A program made the translations under genes and the position numbers. Positions 29,903-40,453 of a stretch of 64,000 bases of DNA are shown in pieces (within the stretch, counting starts at the first letter, position 1; each line of letters starts with the position of its first letter). The notes under the pieces are model-generated. The model was not told where the DNA came from. It did not search any database and worked only from the letters and a program-made list of their open reading frames with translations. This stretch comes from Polyangiaceae bacterium. GTDB lineage: Bacteria; Myxococcota_A; Polyangia; Polyangiales; Polyangiaceae. The stretch is taken from the NCBI GenBank assembly GCA_035273265.1, contig DATEPG010000298.1:14669-78668 (forward strand), read 5' to 3'.

Positions 29903-31174
29903 TCACTCGAAGCGGGCAACGTGCCAGGTCTTCTTACCGCGACGGATCAGCGCGATCTCGCCGAACAAGAGCCAATCGGACGTGACGCGGGTCTCCGCGT
30001 CGGCTTTGCGCGCGCTGATGCTGATGGCGTTGGTGGCCAAGAACTCGCGTGCTTCACGCTTGCTCTTGACCACACCCGCCTCCACCAAAAAATCTATCGC
30101 CGCGATGCCTTCCCCGTCGAGCCGGGCTTTTGGAAAGGTGACCGTGGGCGTGCTTTGGAATAGCTCTTCGAGCGTCGCGCGCGGCAGCGAGGCGACGTCC
30201 CCGGAGAATAATGCCTGAGTGGCGTTGCGAGCTTGGGCGAGCCCATCCGCGCCGTGCACCAGCTCGGTCACTCGCTCGGCGAGCGCGCGATGCGCGGCCC
30301 GCGCCCCCGGATTCGCCTCGTGCTCGGCGCTCAGACGCGAGATCTCGTCTGGCTCGAGGAAGGTGAAAATCTTGAGGAACTTCAGCACGTCACTGTCGGG
30401 GGTATTCAACCAGAACTGGTAGAATGCATAGGCCGAGGTGCGCGACTGATCGAGCCAGATTGCGCCCGTTTCGGTCTTTCCGAATTTGCCGCCATCGGAT
30501 TTGGTGACGAGCGGTGTGGTCAACCCGAAGGCTTCTGCCTGGTGCTTTCTGCGGATCAAATCGATGCCGCTGACCACGTTGCCCCATTGGTCCGAGCCAC
30601 AGACCTGTAGCGTGACGCCGTGGTGATCGAACAGGTGCAGGAAATCGTACGCCTGCAAGAGCATGTAGCTGAATTCCGTGTAGCTGATGCCCTGTTCGCG
30701 GTTTTGTAGTCGATCGCGAACCGAGTCTTTCTGGATCATCATGTTGATCGAGAAGTACTTGCCCACGTCGCGTAGCATCTCCAGGTAGCCGATGCCCTTC
30801 AGCCAGTCGGCGTTGTTCAAGATCACGGCGGCGTTCGGACCCGTGAAGTCGAGGAGGCGTTCGAAGATTGCGCGCTGCCCGGCCACGTTCTTGTCGATTT
30901 GCTCGAGCGACAGCAATTGCCGCTCCGCGTCCTTGCCGGACGGATCGCCGATCATGCCGGTGCCCCCGCCCGCGATTACGACCGGCCGATGCCCCGCCTG
31001 CTGAAAGCGACGCAGCATCAAAATCTGAACCAGGTTGCCGATCGTCAGCGAATCTCTGGTCGGATCGAACCCGCAATAGGCGGCACGCGGACTCTGCAGG
31101 TGCGCGCGCAGCGCGTCTGGGTTGGTCTGTTGGTGAATGAGGCCGCGAAAGGCGAGGTCTTCGAGCAGTTCCAT
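29903..31174 (-). CDS. tyrS: Tyrosine-tRNA ligase
   Basis: YCGFDPT, LLQAYDF, GSDQWGN, KFGKT, S4 domain ending RRGKK. Confidence 0.98.
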   Translation of the reverse strand: MELLEDLAFRGLIHQQTNPDALRAHLQSPRAAYCGFDPTRDSLTIGNLVQILMLRRFQQAGHRPVVIAGGGTGMIGDPSGKDAERQLLSLEQIDKNVAGQRAIFERLLDFTGPNAAVILNNADWLKGIGYLEMLRDVGKYFSINMMIQKDSVRDRLQNREQGISYTEFSYMLLQAYDFLHLFDHHGVTLQVCGSDQWGNVVSGIDLIRRKHQAEAFGLTTPLVTKSDGGKFGKTETGAIWLDQSRTSAYAFYQFWLNTPDSDVLKFLKIFTFLEPDEISRLSAEHEANPGARAAHRALAERVTELVHGADGLAQARNATQALFSGDVASLPRATLEELFQSTPTVTFPKARLDGEGIAAIDFLVEAGVVKSKREAREFLATNAISISARKADAETRVTSDWLLFGEIALIRRGKKTWHVARFE

Positions 31175-31206
31175 CTGGGCAGCGGACTATATCATGCCTC
31201 TGCCGC

Positions 31207-32781
31207 TCACAAGCTGGGCGTGAGCCACCGCAGCGGTCCACGCGCGAGGCTCGAGCCGTCCGCCTCGACTTCCGACACGAGCAGCTGCCCTTCATTCGAT
31301 AAAGCGAGCGGTCGCGCGCTGCTGATGCCTACCAGCGCCGCCGTGTCGAGGTTGACCAGCGCCGGCGACACGAACACGAACGGCGGCGTCAGCAGCAGCT
31401 CCGGGTGGCGATCGAGAGTGACCGCGAGTACGGCTTCGATTCTGCGCTCGGCGTCGTAAAAAATCAGGCTGTTCTTGCGGCGAATCAGCGCGCGCCCCGC
31501 GCGCGTCGCGAGCACGACGTCTCCCGTGCGAAGCGCCACGAGCTCGCGCCGATCGGCGTCGAACAGACTCGTTTCAGGGCCCGGGTAGAGCGCGATCAGC
31601 CGCGGTGCGTCGCTGAGCTCGCGGTCGAGCTCCACGCTGGCCAGCTCGATCCCGAGCGCCTTGCGCTCGCTGGGCGTGACGAGCTCGAGACTCACGCGGC
31701 CCGTCTTCTTTTGTGCGCAGCCGACGATGAACAGCTCGCGTTGCGCGTCAGCGTGCACGATTCGCCCCTTGCACGCTGGAGGCTCCAGCACGCGCTTCTT
31801 GCCCGCGCGTTCCAAGAGCAGGGCGCCGCTCGAGTCGCGCAGCAAGAGCGCATCGCCGATCGGCATTACCAGCTCGGGTTCGAGTCTCGGCGTGCCGCCG
31901 TTCAGCGGTACGAGCACCGGCACCGGGCGATCTCCGCGATCGGTCCAAGTGTGGTAGCGACCAGGGCTCGCGCTGCACGGCCTTGGACCAGCCAAGAGAG
32001 GCGCCGGAAAGTCGGCTCTGCCATTTTTGTTGCTATCCTCGACAATCAGCTCGGCGACCACGAATCGGCCTCCTGGATCGAAGCGTGCGCGCCAAATCGG
32101 GCCCGGTCCGGGATCGAGTCGTCGCTCACTACCGTCATCGAGGCTGCGGATCACGATGCGCTTACCCGCTTCACCGGGGCGCACGTACAAGAGGTGCTCC
32201 GAGCGAGCATCGAAGGCAAATGTTCTCAGTTCGGCGAATGATTGTGCGCTGAGCCGCGTGTCCGCTCCGAGCGCGGACAGATCCAGGGATCCTCGGCTCT
32301 GTGCGTCCCAGAGCATGAGCGCGCCACGTTGCAGCACGAGCGCGTAGCGCCCCGTCGCGTCCGCGCCGAGCAAGCCTTCGATCGGCAGCTCTTCGTTCGG
32401 TGTGATCAGGTAGCGCTCGAACGGAGCGCCGCGCAGTTCACCGCGCGGTCCCACGCTGGCCGGCGGTTGTGCCTCACCCGGGTTGTCTTTGCGGGTCGTG
32501 CACAGGGCGACCCAATGGCCATCCCGGCTGGCGCGCTCGAGTAGCACTGGCGCGTCGTTCGCAAAAATCGCGCTGCCGAACGCAGGGCTGGCGGCTGCCG
32601 TACCGGGCATCGCCAGCGGGGCAGGGGAGGCCACGGGCGCTGCGCGGCGCGCTGCCGGCGGGGACACGGGGAGCGCCGGGGTGACTACGTTGGGGTAGTC
32701 GACCCCATGCGCATCCCGCGCAGGCCTAGCGCAGGCGAGCAAGCACAGGACCGAAAGAAAGACGCTGGAGTACCGTCGCAC
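31207..32781 (-). CDS. Hypothetical lipoprotein (beta-propeller-like)
   Basis: LLAC lipobox, Pro/Ala linker, TolB-like SxDG/DxxG strand repeats. Confidence 0.7.
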   Translation of the reverse strand: MRRYSSVFLSVLCLLACARPARDAHGVDYPNVVTPALPVSPPAARRAAPVASPAPLAMPGTAAASPAFGSAIFANDAPVLLERASRDGHWVALCTTRKDNPGEAQPPASVGPRGELRGAPFERYLITPNEELPIEGLLGADATGRYALVLQRGALMLWDAQSRGSLDLSALGADTRLSAQSFAELRTFAFDARSEHLLYVRPGEAGKRIVIRSLDDGSERRLDPGPGPIWRARFDPGGRFVVAELIVEDSNKNGRADFPAPLLAGPRPCSASPGRYHTWTDRGDRPVPVLVPLNGGTPRLEPELVMPIGDALLLRDSSGALLLERAGKKRVLEPPACKGRIVHADAQRELFIVGCAQKKTGRVSLELVTPSERKALGIELASVELDRELSDAPRLIALYPGPETSLFDADRRELVALRTGDVVLATRAGRALIRRKNSLIFYDAERRIEAVLAVTLDRHPELLLTPPFVFVSPALVNLDTAALVGISSARPLALSNEGQLLVSEVEADGSSLARGPLRWLTPSL

Positions 32782-32837
32782 CGCGCCCGAGCATAGCCGA
32801 ACTGGAACCCTTGGCGATTCGCCGTTAGGGTTCGAGC

Positions 32838-33299
32838 ATGCGGTTACCGTCAGTACTTTGGGTCTTGCCGGCTTTGCTCGTGGGCTGTGGCGACGCGGGG
32901 GATGTCTCGCTCACGGTGCACTCGCTAGACGAAGCGATTGTCGTGAAGAACGGCGCGTTTGGCGAGACAGTGTCGGGTCGATTCGCGTTGCGATTCGTGC
33001 TCGGCCGCGAATCATCGGCCGACTCGACTGAGGTGTCGCTCGGTACCTTCTCTTTACAGTCCGCGTCGGGCACCCCTTTGGTGGAGGTGCTCGACGTCAA
33101 TCCGGAGTTCGACTTCCCATACAGGGCAGCCAAGGGCAACGTCTACACGAGCGGCTTCATCATCCCGTCCGTTGGTGTGGAGCAGGGAGTGATGGCTTGC
33201 CCGGGCCCCGTGCGCATCGTCGGCGCGCTCATGGACTCCCTGAAGGGTGGCACCGTCCCGCTGCGCAGCAATCCCATTACACCGGACTGCAGCCAGTAG
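32838..33299 (+). CDS. Hypothetical lipoprotein
   Basis: LVGC lipobox after a short signal sequence. Confidence 0.75.
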   Translation: MRLPSVLWVLPALLVGCGDAGDVSLTVHSLDEAIVVKNGAFGETVSGRFALRFVLGRESSADSTEVSLGTFSLQSASGTPLVEVLDVNPEFDFPYRAAKGNVYTSGFIIPSVGVEQGVMACPGPVRIVGALMDSLKGGTVPLRSNPITPDCSQ

Positions 33300-33301
33300 C
33301 G

Positions 33302-34087
33302 CTATCGCTTGCTTGCTGGACCGCGCACCGCCGCCACGTTGGCCACGCGCAGGGTCATCGATTCAGGCGGCTGTGATTCTTCTTCGAGCTGACGAGGCGG
33401 GGCAGTGGTCCGCAAAATGCGCTCGACCTCCGCACTGAGCGACGCGGTCGGCGCGCGAAGGGCCTGCGGTCGCCGGGTGGGCGGCGCTTGCTCCGGCACC
33501 ACCAGTTCGGTGATGGGCAAATAACGAGCGCTGATGTTCGAGCGATCGGCGATGCTCTCTGCGGAGATTTTCAGGTTCTCGGCCCCGACTTCGCGGGCAA
33601 AGCGCTCGGCGGCGATGATCGCGCCGATCGTCAGGTGTCGCACGGCGCGGGTCGCGCGTGAATGACCGGTGACGCCGACAACCAACGAGAAGCCCGACTT
33701 GTTGCGACGGAGCTCGAAGATCAACGGCACACCCACGAACGGATGCTCGAGGAACGTTTGCAGGCGAGCCACGGTGCCGGCGAGATCCCCGGAGCGCGCG
33801 AGGCTGCCATCCTGCGAGAGCAGGCGTGCTGCGAGATCGAGCCCTAGGCTCTCGAGGAGCTTGCCCGTGCCGTCGCCCAGGAATGAGTCGACTGAGAGTA
33901 GAATCTCTTCCCCTTCATCCAGCGGCACGCAATCCAGCGCAGCACTCGCGCGCAGCCGTTCGAGCGAAGCGTGAGTAGCCAAACGTGGGGGAAGACGGCC
34001 TCGCAGCCCGGCCACGACCGGTGCTCCCAGCTGCCGCTCTGCAGCCTCCAACACATTCCTCAGAAACCAGCTCCTGAGCTCGCTCAC
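33302..34087 (-). CDS. Hypothetical protein
   Basis: 261-aa ORF with GGGGAAG upstream of a GTG start; no motif recognised. Confidence 0.7.
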   Translation of the reverse strand: MSELRSWFLRNVLEAAERQLGAPVVAGLRGRLPPRLATHASLERLRASAALDCVPLDEGEEILLSVDSFLGDGTGKLLESLGLDLAARLLSQDGSLARSGDLAGTVARLQTFLEHPFVGVPLIFELRRNKSGFSLVVGVTGHSRATRAVRHLTIGAIIAAERFAREVGAENLKISAESIADRSNISARYLPITELVVPEQAPPTRRPQALRAPTASLSAEVERILRTTAPPRQLEEESQPPESMTLRVANVAAVRGPASKR

Positions 34088-34354
34088 TGCTTGCTTCCCC
34101 TATCCACTCCTGCGCGCGCGCAGGCCATCGCCGTTGGTTTGAACCGAGACGATCTTACTCTCGTCTCTCGGATCGGGCGACACGAAAACGATGCACAAAA
34201 CGGACACGTTCGGCGAAAACCAGCACTTTCATTCAAGTCCGACGAGCGACTATACCGCCGTAGCGCTGCATCGCGCCCCATCACGCCGGCTCACTCCGGG
34301 GATTGAGGGGCAACGCACGCTAGGCGGTTCCCGCCAGGGCGAGCGCGCCGCTCG

Positions 34355-35551
34355 CTAAGCGAGTAGCGCCTGCTCGAGGTCACGCACGAGATCGGCGGTG
34401 TCCTCGATGCCGACGGCCATGCGCACCAGTGCCGGATCGATGCCGACCTTGGCCAAATCCTCCGCCGACAACTCCGAGTAGCTCATGATCGCGGGCTGCT
34501 CGATCAAGGACTCCACCCCGCCGAGTGAAGCCGCAATCTTGGGGATCTTCACGGCGTCAATCAGGCGCGACGCGGCTGCACGGCCACCCTTGACGATGAA
34601 ACTGACGACGCCGCCTCCACCGCGCATCTGCGTGCGTGCAATGGCGTGCGAGGGGTGGCTCTCGAGCATCGGATAGAAGACGCGCTCGATGCGCGGATCG
34701 GCTTCCAAACGCCGCGCCACGGCGAGCGCGCTGGCATTTTGACGTTCTACGCGCACGCCGAGCGTTTTGATGCCGCGTGCGATCAGGAACGCCGCGTGCG
34801 GATCGAGCACGCTGCCGAGCACACCGCGCGCATCGCGCAGCAGCGACACCAAGTGCTGCGGCCCGACCACGACCCCGCCCAGCACGTCGTTGTGGCCCGA
34901 GAGGTACTTGGTCGCGCTGTGCACCACCAGGTCGATCCCGAACTCCAAGGGGCGACAATTGACGGGCGTCGCGAACGTGGAATCGACCAGGGTCTTGATC
35001 CGACCGCGCGCTTTGACGAGCTGGGCGAGCTCCGCCAAATCCACGCAATACAAATACGGGTTGGTCGGCGACTCGGCGATCACCAAGCGCGTGTTCTCTT
35101 TCAAGGCCGCGGCCAACGCCGTCAGATCCCCAGACGGAACGATGCTGTGCTCGACGCCGTAGCGCGCCAAGGTTTGCGTCACGAGCTGACGAGTTCGGCG
35201 ATAGCCATCGCGAAACAGCACCACGTGCTCACCGGCCTTGACCAGCGACAGCACCGCGGTCGCGACCGCGGCCATTCCGCTCGAGAACGCGACGCCTGCT
35301 TCCGCCAGCTCCAGATCGGCAACTCGCCGCTCCAGCTCGCAGACCGTGGGATTGCCGTAGCGCCCGTACTCCTCACGCGAGGGATCGGGGTCTTCACCGC
35401 GCATGTAGCGCTCGAGTTCGGCCGTGTTGGCAAAAGTGAACGTGGCGGTCGCTTCGATGCTCAATGCGAGGGCGTTGTGCGGGCGCCCGGCGGGTACGCC
35501 CGCGTGGACGCTGTCAGTGGAACTTGCGACGGTCTTCTTGTCGACGCTCAT
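34355..35551 (-). CDS. metB: Cystathionine gamma-synthase family PLP enzyme
   Basis: YGRYGNPT, FSSGMAA, ESPTNP, HSATKYLSGH, SLGGVESL. Confidence 0.9.
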   Translation of the reverse strand: MSVDKKTVASSTDSVHAGVPAGRPHNALALSIEATATFTFANTAELERYMRGEDPDPSREEYGRYGNPTVCELERRVADLELAEAGVAFSSGMAAVATAVLSLVKAGEHVVLFRDGYRRTRQLVTQTLARYGVEHSIVPSGDLTALAAALKENTRLVIAESPTNPYLYCVDLAELAQLVKARGRIKTLVDSTFATPVNCRPLEFGIDLVVHSATKYLSGHNDVLGGVVVGPQHLVSLLRDARGVLGSVLDPHAAFLIARGIKTLGVRVERQNASALAVARRLEADPRIERVFYPMLESHPSHAIARTQMRGGGGVVSFIVKGGRAAASRLIDAVKIPKIAASLGGVESLIEQPAIMSYSELSAEDLAKVGIDPALVRMAVGIEDTADLVRDLEQALLA

Positions 35552-35552
35552 C

Positions 35553-37292
35553 TCAGTTTGCTTTCGGCAACGCCCGCTCGAGCAGGGAACGGACGCGCTC
35601 GGTGATCAACCGCACGGCGTCGGCTTGCGGCAAGAGCTCCACCTTCTTGGGGTCGCTCTCGCTGCGCATTTTGAATTCGATCTGTCCGCTCTTCAGGCCC
35701 CGCGCACCGACGGTCGCGCGCAGCGGGATGCCAATCAAATCGGCGTCCTTGAACTTCACTCCCGGACGCTCTTCACGGTCGTCGACCAATACTTCGAGGC
35801 CCGCCGCTTCGAGCTCTTGCTCGAGGCGCGCGATTTCGGCCACGACTTCCGGCTCACTGCCGAGCTGAACGAGATGCACCTGGTAGGGCGCAATGCTCAT
35901 CGGCCAGATGATGCCATTGTCGTCGTGGTGCTGTTCGATCGCGGCGGCTACCAGGCGCGACACGCCGATGCCGTAGCAGCCCATGACGATCGTCTGGTTT
36001 TCGCCTTTGTCGTCCAGGTACGTGGCTGACATCTTCGAAGTGTAGTGCGTACCCAGCAGGAAGATGTGCCCGGCCTCAATCCCTCGGTAAAGCTTGAGAC
36101 TTGCGCCGCAGTTCGGGCACAGGTCTCCGTCCACGACTTGGCGCACTTCCACGACCTGGGCCTGGAAATCACGGCCGTGCTGGACATGCAGCAAGTGATA
36201 ATCGGTCTCGTTGGCGCCGGTCACGGCATCGCTGAGGCTCGCCGCGTCGATGTCGATCACGACGCGCCCGTTGAAATTCACTGGTCCGGCAAAGCCGACC
36301 TTGGCCCCGGTCGTCTTCACCACGTCCGCGGGCGCCGCCAAGTGCACCTCGTTCACGCCCAGTGCGCGCGCGAGCTTCACTTCGTTCACGTCGTGGTCGC
36401 CGCGGAGCACGACCATGACCAGCTCCTTGTCGGCCAAGTACAAAAGGCTCTTCAGGAAATTGGCCTGCGGTTGGTCCAAGAACTTGGCTACTGCCTCGAT
36501 CTTTCCGTGCCCAGGAGTGTGCACCTTCTCGAGCGCGGGTGCCGCTTCGGGCGCGGGTCCGCGGCGGGGGAGTGCGGGGGTCTTGGCGACCTCCAGGTTC
36601 GCGGCGTAGCTACACTGCAAGCAAGCCGCGATCACGTCTTCGCCGCTCTGTACCAACACCTGAAATTCGGCGCTGCCCGAGCCGCCCATGGCGCCCGAAT
36701 CGGCGCTCACCATGCGGTAGTCGAAGCCCATGCGATCGAAGATGTTCGTGTACGCCACGCGCATGCGCTCGTAGCTTTGCTTCGCCGATTCTTCGTCCAC
36801 GTCGAACGAGTAGGCGTCCTTCATCGAGAATTCACGGCACCGGAGCAGCCCGCCGCGCGGCCTCGCCTCGTCCCTGAACTTGGTCTGAATTTGATACAGG
36901 TTCTTAGGCAGATCGCGGTAGCTCTTCACCTCGCGGCGCGCCAAATCGGTGATGATCTCTTCGTGCGTCGGCCCCAGGTGGTAGTCGGCCCCCTTGCGAT
37001 CCTTCAAGCGAAAGAGCGTGTCGCCGAACATGTCCCAGCGCCCGGTCTCCTTGAAGTAGTCGGCGGGCAGCAGCGCCGGCAAGAGCACCTCTTGTGCACC
37101 GGCGGCATCCATCTCGGAGCGGACGATCGCCTCGACTTTGCGCAGCACGCGCACGCCCAAGGGCAAGAAGCTGTACACCCCGGCGCCGACGCGGCGCACA
37201 TAGCCGGAACGGAGCAGGAAGATGTGGCTCTTGCTGGTGGCGTCGGCGGGAGCTTCTTTGAGTGTCGGAAGGAGAGCGCGCGTGTACCGCAT
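35553..37292 (-). CDS. proS: Proline-tRNA ligase
   Basis: LGPTHEE, FRDEARPRGGLLR, MKDAYSF, YbaK-like editing insert, MGCYGIG; start MRYTRALL at 37292. Confidence 0.98.
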   Translation of the reverse strand: MRYTRALLPTLKEAPADATSKSHIFLLRSGYVRRVGAGVYSFLPLGVRVLRKVEAIVRSEMDAAGAQEVLLPALLPADYFKETGRWDMFGDTLFRLKDRKGADYHLGPTHEEIITDLARREVKSYRDLPKNLYQIQTKFRDEARPRGGLLRCREFSMKDAYSFDVDEESAKQSYERMRVAYTNIFDRMGFDYRMVSADSGAMGGSGSAEFQVLVQSGEDVIAACLQCSYAANLEVAKTPALPRRGPAPEAAPALEKVHTPGHGKIEAVAKFLDQPQANFLKSLLYLADKELVMVVLRGDHDVNEVKLARALGVNEVHLAAPADVVKTTGAKVGFAGPVNFNGRVVIDIDAASLSDAVTGANETDYHLLHVQHGRDFQAQVVEVRQVVDGDLCPNCGASLKLYRGIEAGHIFLLGTHYTSKMSATYLDDKGENQTIVMGCYGIGVSRLVAAAIEQHHDDNGIIWPMSIAPYQVHLVQLGSEPEVVAEIARLEQELEAAGLEVLVDDREERPGVKFKDADLIGIPLRATVGARGLKSGQIEFKMRSESDPKKVELLPQADAVRLITERVRSLLERALPKAN

Positions 37293-37452
37293 GGGTGACG
37301 CGCGTGTAGCACGGTCGAGTCGAAGCCGGCAGCTCCCCGTAAACCTGCCCGTGGCCCTGCCTGCGCCGGATCTACCTTCATTTTTTGGGCGGTTGCCTGC
37401 CTGTCGCCTGCGTGCTCCGCTGCGCTGAATCAGGCGCAACCGATTAGCGTTT

Positions 37453-37494
37453 CCGGGATTCCCGACTTGTCACGTCGGGAATCCCGGGTATAAC
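37453..37494 (+). promoter_or_regulatory. Perfect palindromic operator overlapping the sulfite reductase promoter
   Basis: CCGGGATTCCCGAC-TTGTCAC-GTCGGGAATCCCGG; TTGTCA (-35-like) in the spacer and TATAAC (-10-like) 16 nt later. Confidence 0.75.
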
Positions 37495-37550
37495 CCCGGG
37501 ACCATAGGCTCGGGCGTTCCATTAGCATCCCGGGCTCGGAGACCCCACTG

Positions 37551-39806
37551 ATGACCGTTGCTACGACCTGGAAGCAGAAGCTGGCTGGCCAAGTGCGCGA
37601 AGACTGGGCGCGAGAGATCGACATCTTCGAGACTCAGATCGAGCTGCGCAAGAAGGGCAAAGTCGAAGAGAAGTTGTTCGCGGAGACGCGCCTGCGCCGA
37701 GGCACCTACGGTCAACGCTACGACAACGGTCAGCGCCACGACGGGGAGAAGACGCAGACCTTGCCCTACCCGTCCGGCGAGCTCACCAAGGGCCCGGTCA
37801 CGATGTGGGATGCGCCCGGCATGCAGCGCATCAAGATCCCGTACGGCAAGCTGACCGCCGACCAGCTCGATACGCTCTCCGACCTGGCCGAAGAGTATTC
37901 GGATCAGATCCTGCACATCACGACCCGGCAGGACATCCAGCTTCACTTCATTCACATCGAAGACACGCCAGACCTGATGCGCCGGCTTGCTGCGGCAGGC
38001 ATCACGACCCGCGAGGCGTGCGGGAACACCGTGCGCAACGTCACCGCCTGCCCCTACGCCGGCGTCTGCAGCACTGAGTCGTTCGATGTGATCCCGTACG
38101 CGGACGCGCTCGCGTTCTTCTTGCTCGGGCACCCGGATACCCAAGATTTCGGCCGAAAATTCAAGGTCGCCTTCTCTGGCTGTAAGGACGAGCCCTGCGG
38201 GCTGACCAACTTCCACGACGCGGGAGCGATTGCGCGCACGCGCACCGTGAACGGTGAAGTGAAGCGGGGCTTCGAGTACTACGTCGGCGGCGGCCTCGGC
38301 GCGGTGCCCTATCCGGCCACGCTGTTCGACGAATTCCTTCCGGAAGAAGAATTGTTCCCGATCACGCAGGCCGTGTGCCGCGTGTTCGCGCGCCTCGGCG
38401 AGCGCGAGAACCGCGCCCGTGCGCGGCTCAAGTTCGTGGTCAAGAAGCTGGGCATCGAGGAGTTCAAGCGCCTCGTGCTCGAAGAGCGCAGCAAGCTGCG
38501 CCCGGACGAACGCTGGACCTCGTTCTTGAACGATCTGCACGTGACAGACGAGAAGCCGCTCAAGCCTGGCTCGCAGCTTTCAGCGGGCAGCTACCCCGCG
38601 GGGTTCGAGGCTTGGCGCAAGACCAACGTTCATCCGCAGAGCCAAGACGGCTACTCGACCGCGAAGGTGACCCTGCCGCTCGGTGATTTCACGCCCGGTC
38701 AGGGACGTTTGATGGCGGATCTCGCGCGCCGTTTCACGGGCGACTCGATGCGCCTCACGGTCGAGCAGAACATGCTCTTTCGCTGGGTGTCGAACGCCGA
38801 TTTACCGGCTTTTTATCAGGCGCTGACCGGCGCGGGTCTAGGCGCCGCGGGTGCGGACCACATCACCGATGTGACCTCTTGCCCGGGCACGGATACCTGC
38901 AAACTCGGCATCTCGTCGTCGCGCGGGCTCGCGACCGAGCTGCACAAGCAGCTGTCGGTGATCTCGGAGCAGCTCGACCCGGCTGCGCAGGGCTTGCACA
39001 TCAAGTGTAGCGGCTGCTCCAACTCGTGCGGTCAGCACCACGTGGCCGACATGGGATTTTTGGGCGTGAGCCGCAACATGAACGGCCGACGTGTGCCGCA
39101 TTTCCAGCTCGTGATCGGCGGCCAGTACAAGAATAACGCGGGCTCTTACGGGCTAGCCATCGGCGCGATCCCTTCCAAGCACGTGCCCAAAGCCGTCAAG
39201 ACCCTGACCGATCGCTTCGTGGCCGAAAAGCTCGAAGCCGAAACGTTCCAGGCGTTCGTGGCGCGCATCGGCAAGAAGGAGATCCGCAAGCTGGTCGATC
39301 AGCTGAGCGTTATTCCGAGCTACGAGCAAGATCCGAGCTTCTATTCGGACTGGGGGGATCCGCGCGAGTACACCATTGGCGACCTCGGTGTGGGCGAATG
39401 CGCCGGCGAGGTCGTACCGCTCGTGCAAGTGGGTCTCGCAGATAGCGAGCGCGAACTATTCGAGGCGCAGCTCTTGCTCGACGAAGGCAGCAGCGACAGC
39501 GCAGCGGCCCGCGCGTTCAGCGCCATGGTCTTGGCCGCCCAGGCGCTGACCCGCGAAAAGAACTCGTTCTTGGGTGAAGGCGTCGACGAAATCGTGAGTG
39601 AATTTCGCGCTCATTACTACGACACCAAGCTGTTTTTCGATCCCTTCTCCGGCGGCAAGTTCGCGCACTATTTTTTCCGCGCGTACGAACACCGCGCAGA
39701 GGCCGGCGCCTCGAAAGAGGGCGCGCATCAACTGATCGAAGAGGCGCAGCTGTTCGTGGAAGCCGCGCACCAATGCTACACGCGCATCGCCGGGGCCTTG
39801 CCCTAA
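37551..39806 (+). CDS. Siroheme nitrite/sulfite reductase with C-terminal helical extension
   Basis: HITTRQDIQ, ACGNTVRN, RKFK.AFSGC, CPGTDTC, SGCSNSCG siroheme/4Fe-4S ligands. Confidence 0.93.
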   Translation: MTVATTWKQKLAGQVREDWAREIDIFETQIELRKKGKVEEKLFAETRLRRGTYGQRYDNGQRHDGEKTQTLPYPSGELTKGPVTMWDAPGMQRIKIPYGKLTADQLDTLSDLAEEYSDQILHITTRQDIQLHFIHIEDTPDLMRRLAAAGITTREACGNTVRNVTACPYAGVCSTESFDVIPYADALAFFLLGHPDTQDFGRKFKVAFSGCKDEPCGLTNFHDAGAIARTRTVNGEVKRGFEYYVGGGLGAVPYPATLFDEFLPEEELFPITQAVCRVFARLGERENRARARLKFVVKKLGIEEFKRLVLEERSKLRPDERWTSFLNDLHVTDEKPLKPGSQLSAGSYPAGFEAWRKTNVHPQSQDGYSTAKVTLPLGDFTPGQGRLMADLARRFTGDSMRLTVEQNMLFRWVSNADLPAFYQALTGAGLGAAGADHITDVTSCPGTDTCKLGISSSRGLATELHKQLSVISEQLDPAAQGLHIKCSGCSNSCGQHHVADMGFLGVSRNMNGRRVPHFQLVIGGQYKNNAGSYGLAIGAIPSKHVPKAVKTLTDRFVAEKLEAETFQAFVARIGKKEIRKLVDQLSVIPSYEQDPSFYSDWGDPREYTIGDLGVGECAGEVVPLVQVGLADSERELFEAQLLLDEGSSDSAAARAFSAMVLAAQALTREKNSFLGEGVDEIVSEFRAHYYDTKLFFDPFSGGKFAHYFFRAYEHRAEAGASKEGAHQLIEEAQLFVEAAHQCYTRIAGALP

Positions 39807-39865
39807 GCGCGGCTGGTCGTCTCACCCCGCTCGGCCCGCACGAACTTCCCGACTCGAGAACGTCA

Positions 39866-40450
39866 ATGCTTTCAGAACGCCTACAGCTCAAACTCTACCT
39901 GGAACGCAGCGAGCACTTCGAAGTCGAAGCGCTGATTCCGGTATTCCACCGCTTCATCCGCGATCAACTGATCAAGGAACTGTTGATCGACGTGGTCGAC
40001 TACAGCCACGTTCCCGACGGTCCGGGTGTGGTGCTGATCGGTCACGCAGCAGACTTCTACGTCGGCGCGCTCGATGGCGCGTACGGCCTGGTCTACAGCC
40101 GGAAGCGCGGCGGACCGGGTCCGGAGGGGCTCCTGGAAGACGCGCTTCGTCGCCTGATCAACGTGGCACGCTTGTTGGAGCAAGAGAACGGCCTCGCGTT
40201 GCGCTTCAAGAGCGGCGAGCTCAGCCTGCGCTTGACCGACCGCCTGCACGCCCCGAATGACGATGCGACCTTCGCCAGCACCAAGGCCGAGGTGGAAGCG
40301 CTGTTCGGTCGTGTGTACGAGGGAAAAATCTCGGTCGAACGCCTGCCGGCGTCCAAGGAGCCACTCGGCTTGCGCATCAAAGCCAGCAGCTCTCCCTCAC
40401 TCGAGGCCCTGCTGGAAAAGCTCGGCGGGGCTCCGGGAGTAGCCAACTGA
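39866..40450 (+). CDS. Hypothetical protein co-transcribed with the reductase
   Basis: Start MLSERLQ at 39866; IPVFHRFI..LIDVVDYSHVPDGPGVVLIGH. Confidence 0.8.
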   Translation: MLSERLQLKLYLERSEHFEVEALIPVFHRFIRDQLIKELLIDVVDYSHVPDGPGVVLIGHAADFYVGALDGAYGLVYSRKRGGPGPEGLLEDALRRLINVARLLEQENGLALRFKSGELSLRLTDRLHAPNDDATFASTKAEVEALFGRVYEGKISVERLPASKEPLGLRIKASSSPSLEALLEKLGGAPGVAN

Positions 40451-40453
40451 ACC

